A stretch of 64,000 nt of DNA, from contig DATDCV010000045.1 in assembly GCA_036524155.1 (NCBI GenBank), positions 260-64,259 on the forward strand. The letters are read 5' to 3'. The DNA comes from Verrucomicrobiia bacterium. GTDB lineage: Bacteria > Verrucomicrobiota > Verrucomicrobiia > Limisphaerales > UBA8199. A program made the position numbers and the translations under genes. Position 1 is the first letter of the stretch. Each line of letters starts with the position of its first letter. The notes beneath the pieces are model-generated. The model was not told the origin of the DNA and ran no database searches. It saw only the letters and a program-made list of their open reading frames with translations. Positions 59,601-64,000 of this stretch are shown in pieces.

Positions 59601-60002
59601 GCTCTGAGCCTGGGCGGTGCGATCGGGCAATCCTTGAACCTGCAAATCACGTCCGCTCTGCAGCCCGGACCTGCCTGGGCGCCGCTGGATACGGTTACAC
59701 TTACAAACAGCGGCCAACTCTACGTGGACGTTTCCCCGTTGTCAGCCGAACGGTTCTATCGTTCACGGCAAGATGAGAGCGCCGGCATCGTTCCCTCCCT
59801 GGCGGTTCATCTCATACCAGCCATCAAACTGACCGGTGCCATCGGCAGTTCCGTGCGCATCGATTACATCAACCAGGTAGGGCCAATCGATGCCTGGCTG
59901 CCGCTAGCGACCGTCACCCTAACTGATACTTCGCAGGAGTACTGGGACACGTCGGTAATAGGCCAGGCGCCGAGGCTGTATCGGTTGGTGACTCTGCCAT
60001 AG
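56646..60002 (+). CDS. Secreted mosaic protein S4: signal peptide, GQVQF-N-domain, 4 Ig-like domains, ~7 GloVer (Gloeo_Verruco) repeats, Ig-like domain, common C-terminal domain
   Basis: MKTLPTALVLGASCLAALGQGQVQFRNY. FQWYYNG/YQWFFN/CQWLKDG/FQWLKDG/YQWLFNG. LYGTT..GG..G.GTVF.LNTDGSG repeats. Ends ...RLYRLVTLP. Confidence 0.9.
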   Translation: MKTLPTALVLGASCLAALGQGQVQFRNYSSTTTPTINAPVYLDGGIPGQFADSSCRAALIGGPTTATPASLDSAGTLPMLYNPTITTLTWVTFRDPPNAGYVNTANAARLVPGVDWGGTALVQMVGWKGNYNTWAEAFAAWQGGDLTVLIGFSEPLVLRLPTGPTDSYLTYLWGLKPFTIGGGCLGPYFMGFTVVPVSQTVNPGESVTFSAGAQACPYPVFQWYYNGSPIAGAIQSHYQIASAQPSDAGDYYAILSGAGWGLRTSPTATLAVRPYSLSFIQQPSSQTVAAGQAVDFRAVAGGAVPMFYQWFFNVTNAISAATNSILHLPAVYFPQSGTYEVVVSNAVGAITSSPALLTVLDPYISRQPNDLSLRAGQTAFLSVDAGGSPLLSCQWLKDGALLSDGGNLSGARTPVLTISNVLGADAGGYAAWVSNLYGAATSAVARVTVQDPFITSQPVGQRVNEGDDVVFSVQAGGTAPLAFQWLKDGVPLADELNVSGSHTATLTLKSVDSTDQGAYRVIVSNRFGMLSSADATLAVGPQVSFAVLHTFTGADGNEPSPNLFVSGSTLYGTTINGGSSGGGTVFRLNTDGSGFAVLKNFPVGTVEQGAFGGVVPSGGRLYGTTWGDGTPSGCGTVFALNTDGSGYSVLHQFTGGDGREPMGSLLVRDGMLFGTTYEGGTSYGTLFRMDTNGQSLTVLHNFTGNDGAYSHSGLVASGSTLYGTTASGGSSFSGLVFRMEVDGSGFAVLKEFGADGGWPSDKLVLSGPTLYGTTRYAGQGCGSVFKLNTDGTGFTVLKQFTTNDVGIDPWDGLVISGSTLYGSLLGGTVGIGAVYRVGTDDAGYTVLKTFSGGSDGARPYALVLSGDTLYGATQMGGALNHGVIFSMSVAGPSVLSPPVSQTAEAGTAVAFRARGRGGSSLTYQWLFNGTNLIGATSTNALLRLPAVQFADAGSYSVILSNVYGSVTSAPAMLSVISRVERRPVAALSLGGAIGQSLNLQITSALQPGPAWAPLDTVTLTNSGQLYVDVSPLSAERFYRSRQDESAGIVPSLAVHLIPAIKLTGAIGSSVRIDYINQVGPIDAWLPLATVTLTDTSQEYWDTSVIGQAPRLYRLVTLP

Positions 60003-60528
60003 CACGCAGAGAACAAAGAACCACGGATGAACACGGTTACGGAAGAACGAAAGGACCTCCTCTCCCCGGCCCTCTCCTCCAAAGGAGGAGAGGGAGGAAG
60101 CCGGCGTGGCTGGTTCCCCCACTCCGCTAGCGGAGCAGAGGGAGAAAGCCGAGGTCAGTTGAAGAACGGGCTGCGGTTTCTGGTCCCCCTCTCCGCCTTT
60201 GGGGGAGAGGGGAAAGGGGAGAGGTGGCCGTCACTTTCGGAAGCGTTCATGGGGAGGGCGAAACCCCCGTTCGACAGCACCGAAGGTGCGGCCACTCAGC
60301 AGCCTTGGGAACTCGGCCCTTGTAGGAGACGACGTAAGGAGTCTCTAATCAAGACCAGGACGCTCCGAAATTTGAGCGCGCTCGCCGTCGGTGGCATCCG
60401 CGAGAACATCAGAGACTCCTTACGTCGTCTCCTACAAGCCGGAGAACTGTTCGCCGGGAGAGGGGGCCGTTGGTTTGTGGAGCCGTCCCGGTTGCGATCC
60501 GCGTTTTGAACAAACGTCGATATTCCCT
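60003..60528. repeat. Conserved intergenic cassette (long form, 526 bp)
   Basis: Collinear with 52965..53502. GEG repeat at 60185-60229. 28-bp inverted repeat at 60319-60438. Confidence 0.9.
60319..60438. other. Second copy of the perfect 28-bp inverted repeat with 64-nt spacer
   Basis: Arms 60319-60346 and 60411-60438 are identical to the 53287 copy. The spacer differs at 12 of 64 positions. Lies 91 nt upstream of the S5 start. Confidence 0.9.
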
Positions 60529-62397
60529 ATGAAAACCCGATTTGTGCGCTATTCACCGATACGCGGCTTGACCGCACTTGTGGTGCTGCTTTGGGCCTTG
60601 CAGTCAGGCATGCAGGCAGCAACGTTCTCGAATCCGGCGCCCGTCCTCATCCTGGACCATACGAATGCCAGTCCCTACCCATCGAGCGTAGTAGTCGAGG
60701 GTGTGGCTGGGCGAATAACGTCCGTGACGACGACTCTCCTGGGACTGTCACACGCCTTTGTTTCTGACGTGGATGTGATGCTCGCCGGGCCATCCGGCCA
60801 ACCCGTGCTGCTGATGGCGCATGTCGGCGCGGGGAGTTCAGCAAGCAACCTGGACCTCACGTTTGATGATTCGGGAGCAACGCTGCCTGAGATGGGGGTC
60901 GTCGTTTCGGGGACTTACCGTCCGACCCAGTTCGGTGCCACGCCGAGCTTTTCGCCACCCGCGCCCGCGGAGCCGTATGGACCCGCGCTTTCAAGCCTCA
61001 CAAACCTGACCGCCAACGGGACGTGGAGCCTGTTTGTGCGCGATGATGCGCTGGGCGACAATGGGGTCCTGACGAAAGGATGGTCGCTCACCATCACCAC
61101 GGAAGGCATCCCCCCGGTTATCGCGCCGATGTCCTCGCTGACGGCCGAAGAAGGTTCCACCATTCGCCTGCCGGCCCAGGTTTCGGGAGATGCGCCCTTC
61201 AGTTATCAGTGGTATTTTAACGGAAACACGCCGATTCCCGGCGGGACGCGCTCGGCCTTGCAGTTGCCGGATGTCCGTTCGACGAACACCGGGGCTTACT
61301 CCGTGGTGGTGGCCAATACCTTCGGGGCCGTGACCAGCGCGCCCGCGATGCTCAGCGTCATTCCGCCAGTCGAGAGGAGCACGGCTCCGGGGCTTTTGCT
61401 GACCGCCGACGCGGGAACTGATCTCTACCTGGAGTACGCAAACTCGCTGACTCCTTCGCCCAACTGGGCCGGACTCGCCACCGTGAGAATGGGAGGGGTA
61501 TTTGGTCCCACTTCGCAGTGGTATTTCGACGGAGTCGCAGCCTCTGCTGGGCAGCGTTCTTACCGGGTATGGCACGACAACGAGGGGAGCATTGTTCCGG
61601 GATTGCAGTTGTACCCGGTTCCGGCAATCATGCTCAGAGGCGTGGCGGGCAACTCGGTCTGGATCGACTATATCAACCAGGTCGGCCCCACGGACGCGTG
61701 GGCGCAGCTTGCTACCGTGGTGCTGGCGAACAGTTCCCAATTTTACTTCGACACTTCGGCAGTGGGCCAACCGACGAGACTGTACCGGGCCGCGACAACG
61801 TTTAAGAACCTGGATTTCGAGCTGGCGGCTGGGATTCCCGCCACGCCCGGATACCCTGCCAGCGCCAACTTCGATCAGGCTCTCCCCGGTTGGAGCGGTT
61901 ACTGCGGGGCGGGGCAGCAAATGGCAGTGCAATACGACTATGAATGGCTGGACACAGCCGGAATCGCCATTTTTGATACGAATTGCGTTTCTGAATCCGT
62001 GACAGGAGTACTTCACCGCCGCTATTGTGTCTGCCTGTATTCCGGGTTTGAGCCTGGCGTGCAGCCTTACCACGATGTCCAAACGTGGCTGGCCCAGACC
62101 GCCCGCGTTCCGCCCAGTGTCTCAAGCATTTTGTTGAACTATAAACGCTCTCGGGACTGGGGTGATGGAGAAATCCAGGTGACGTTCAACGGAATCGGCA
62201 TTTCCTTGCGCTTTGTGAGCTCGGGCCTGGACGGTTCCAGTGTCCTGGGCGGGGATGTCAGCCAGTTTGCAGGTCCGGTTGGAGAATTGCGGGTGATTGC
62301 GCCGGTCTCGCTTTCACATTACCCCTCCCACTGGCGGAACATCTTCATGCTCGATTATATCCGCTTCTCCACTACGCCGTTAAGCCCATGTCTGTGA
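60529..62397 (+). CDS. Secreted mosaic protein S5: signal peptide, proprotein-convertase P-domain-like module, Ig-like domain, common domain (internal), extra ~200-aa C-terminal domain
   Basis: SHAFVSDVDVMLAGPSGQ...ANGTWSLFVRDDALGDNGVLTKGWSLTIT is P-domain-like. YQWYFNG. VWIDYINQVGPTDAWAQLATV...RLYRAATTF is followed by NLDFE...GWSG... Trimmed to ATG 60529. Confidence 0.88.
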   Translation: MKTRFVRYSPIRGLTALVVLLWALQSGMQAATFSNPAPVLILDHTNASPYPSSVVVEGVAGRITSVTTTLLGLSHAFVSDVDVMLAGPSGQPVLLMAHVGAGSSASNLDLTFDDSGATLPEMGVVVSGTYRPTQFGATPSFSPPAPAEPYGPALSSLTNLTANGTWSLFVRDDALGDNGVLTKGWSLTITTEGIPPVIAPMSSLTAEEGSTIRLPAQVSGDAPFSYQWYFNGNTPIPGGTRSALQLPDVRSTNTGAYSVVVANTFGAVTSAPAMLSVIPPVERSTAPGLLLTADAGTDLYLEYANSLTPSPNWAGLATVRMGGVFGPTSQWYFDGVAASAGQRSYRVWHDNEGSIVPGLQLYPVPAIMLRGVAGNSVWIDYINQVGPTDAWAQLATVVLANSSQFYFDTSAVGQPTRLYRAATTFKNLDFELAAGIPATPGYPASANFDQALPGWSGYCGAGQQMAVQYDYEWLDTAGIAIFDTNCVSESVTGVLHRRYCVCLYSGFEPGVQPYHDVQTWLAQTARVPPSVSSILLNYKRSRDWGDGEIQVTFNGIGISLRFVSSGLDGSSVLGGDVSQFAGPVGELRVIAPVSLSHYPSHWRNIFMLDYIRFSTTPLSPCL

Positions 62398-62514
62398 TGA
62401 GCATTGAGGATCGGGGATTGAGGATCGAGAACGGTCCGCTGCGGAGGGCGGACCCCACCGAAGCCTCGCGCGCGACGGCACCATCGCGCTGTTCGCAGTA
62501 ACCGCAGTGAATTG

Positions 62515-64000
62515 ATGAAGTATATGTGGCGTGCAATCTCTTTACTCTTGGTAATTTTGGCTGTTCAAGTCCCACGGACCCTGTGTCAGGCGCAAACCTA
62601 CAGGGTCTTGCACTTTCTCGATGCGACCGATGGTTTCGCGTACGGCCGCCTCCTGGTTTCAGGAAACACGCTCTACGGAACCACGAGCGGTCAGGGGGAG
62701 ATTTTCACGCTCGCCACCGACGGCACCGGATTCACCAGGTTCCAGTTTCCCGGCTTTTCCTCCGATGGAGGATTGGTGGAGTCCGGCCCGATCCTGTACG
62801 GAACGGTTCAAGGTCTGAACGGCGCAGTGGTCTCAGTGAACACCGACGGCACGGGTTTCAAAGTTTTGAAGGCTTTCAACCTCGCTGATGGAGCAGATCC
62901 GCTATCGGAGCTGGTGTTGGTGGGAACGACGCTTTACGGGACCACCTATCTGGGTGGACCGACCAATTACCTTAGCCCGTATGGCTGTGGAACCGTTTTT
63001 AAGGTTAACACGGACGGGACCGGCTTCAGCTCGCTTTGGGCATTCTCAGGAAGTGATGGGCTAAAGCAGCCGCGATCGGCCCTGGTTGTATCCGGAGCCT
63101 CCTTGTTTGGCACTGCCGCCGGTGATGGTTTTCACGGGGGCGCCATCTTTAGGATTAACCAGGACGGTTCCGGCTGCACGGTGCTGAGAACACTCTCTAT
63201 GCCGCTGGACGGGGCGTCTCCGGCGAGTTTGCTGCTGTGCGGCACCACGCTATACGGAACTTGCGGTGCTGGTGGCGCATTCAATCGGGGGACGCTTTTC
63301 CGGCTTGAGACCAATGGCACCGGGTTTGCCGTGCTGAAGAACTTCTCCGGTGCGGATGGTTCGGCTCCTGTGGGGGGCCTGGTGCAGGTCGATGGGACCC
63401 TCTACGGGGTCACCGGTAGCGGAGGTTACGGATTCGCTCCTGGCGGCATGTCAGAGGGCTACGGCACCATCTTCCAGATTGAGACCAATGGCGGGGGTTA
63501 CTTCGTGCTGAAGGAATTTGCGCCCCCTGACGGCGCTACGCCTGGTGCCCCGCTGGCTGCCTCTGGTCACACGCTCTATGGGTCCACCCTGTTCGGCGGG
63601 ATATCAAACTATGGCACGATATTCAGCTTCAACTTGCCACTCGCTCCCTGGTTCATCTCCTCGCCTTCCGACCAGGTCGTGGCAGCGGGCCAGGACGGTT
63701 CGTTTACCGTCACCGCGGCCGGCTCCCGGCCCCTGTACTACCAATGGGTCTTTAACGGCACCAATCTGCTGCGGGCCGCAACCAATTCGATCCTGCAGCT
63801 TTCTTCGGTGTCTTTTTCAAACGCCGGCTCGTACGCCGCGGTCGTGACAAACGTGTACGGTTCCGCCACAAGTTCACCCGCCCGGTTGCGAGTCATCTTT
63901 TCGTCAACGGTGACCAATTGCAGTGAAGCGGACTTGCGCGCGGCGATGGCGGCAGGCGGGGTAGTGCGCGTCGAGTGCGATGGAACCTTCCCCCTCAGCA
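62515..64000 (+). CDS. Secreted mosaic protein S6 (3' end beyond window): signal peptide, ~7 GloVer repeats, Ig-like domain, start of a further domain
   Basis: Not in the supplied ORF track. My own translation from ATG 62515 (MKYMWRAISLLLVILAVQVPRTLCQAQ) is stop-free to nt 64000. LYGTT...G.(I/V/L)F..N.DG(T/S)GF repeats. YYQWVFNG Ig motif. In-frame TGA at 62419-62421 upstream. Confidence 0.85.
   Translation, partial: MKYMWRAISLLLVILAVQVPRTLCQAQTYRVLHFLDATDGFAYGRLLVSGNTLYGTTSGQGEIFTLATDGTGFTRFQFPGFSSDGGLVESGPILYGTVQGLNGAVVSVNTDGTGFKVLKAFNLADGADPLSELVLVGTTLYGTTYLGGPTNYLSPYGCGTVFKVNTDGTGFSSLWAFSGSDGLKQPRSALVVSGASLFGTAAGDGFHGGAIFRINQDGSGCTVLRTLSMPLDGASPASLLLCGTTLYGTCGAGGAFNRGTLFRLETNGTGFAVLKNFSGADGSAPVGGLVQVDGTLYGVTGSGGYGFAPGGMSEGYGTIFQIETNGGGYFVLKEFAPPDGATPGAPLAASGHTLYGSTLFGGISNYGTIFSFNLPLAPWFISSPSDQVVAAGQDGSFTVTAAGSRPLYYQWVFNGTNLLRAATNSILQLSSVSFSNAGSYAAVVTNVYGSATSSPARLRVIFSSTVTNCSEADLRAAMAAGGVVRVECDGTFPLS

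Noticed and set aside
49300-64000. Possible CRISPR array, or a diversity-generating retroelement acting on the repeated gene 3' ends.
   Set aside because: The repeats are not regularly spaced short direct repeats with unique spacers, and there are no cas genes. For a DGR, there is no reverse transcriptase gene and no template/variable repeat pair with adenine-specific differences in the window.

Overview
GC-rich bacterial chromosomal window with about 50 supportable CDS. I recognised no rRNA, tRNA, CRISPR array, integrase or transposase gene. Gene content suggests a Verrucomicrobiota-like genome (inference only): Gloeo_Verruco (GloVer) repeats, delta-60/DUF5122 propeller repeats, and a kdsA-lptA-lptB-hprK-ptsH cluster. 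Positions 1-22000 and 28000-49300 are mostly housekeeping: GT9 heptosyltransferase, gap, msrA, vapBC, radical SAM, kdsA, lptA-like, lptB, hprK, ptsH, gatC, larA-like, metF, hypCD, AsnC regulator, aminotransferase, ABC/CPBP operon, ugd, mutT, ndk-like, acyl-CoA ligase, rnd, rlmI, hemB, yebC. Three things stand out. (1) A two-gene minus-strand operon at 23386-27757 encodes a TIR-domain/P-loop NTPase (AAA_35-like) and a paralogous NTPase. The second protein is anchored by one TM helix to a ~500-aa extracytoplasmic region. This is my best candidate for an undescribed immunity/signalling system. (2) A tandem array of six paralogous secreted mosaic proteins runs from 49696 to beyond 64000. They share Ig-like domains and a common C-terminal domain ending ...YR(L/V)xxxP-COOH. 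That domain also ends two unrelated exported proteins at 20430 and 45158. Near-identical intergenic cassettes separate the array genes, and two of them carry a perfect 28-bp inverted repeat. (3) A ~111-bp MITE family with 8-9-bp target-site duplications has 6 full copies plus fragments and variants, alongside other palindromic repeat families. The last gene of the array (62515..64000, open at the window edge) is missing from the supplied ORF track.
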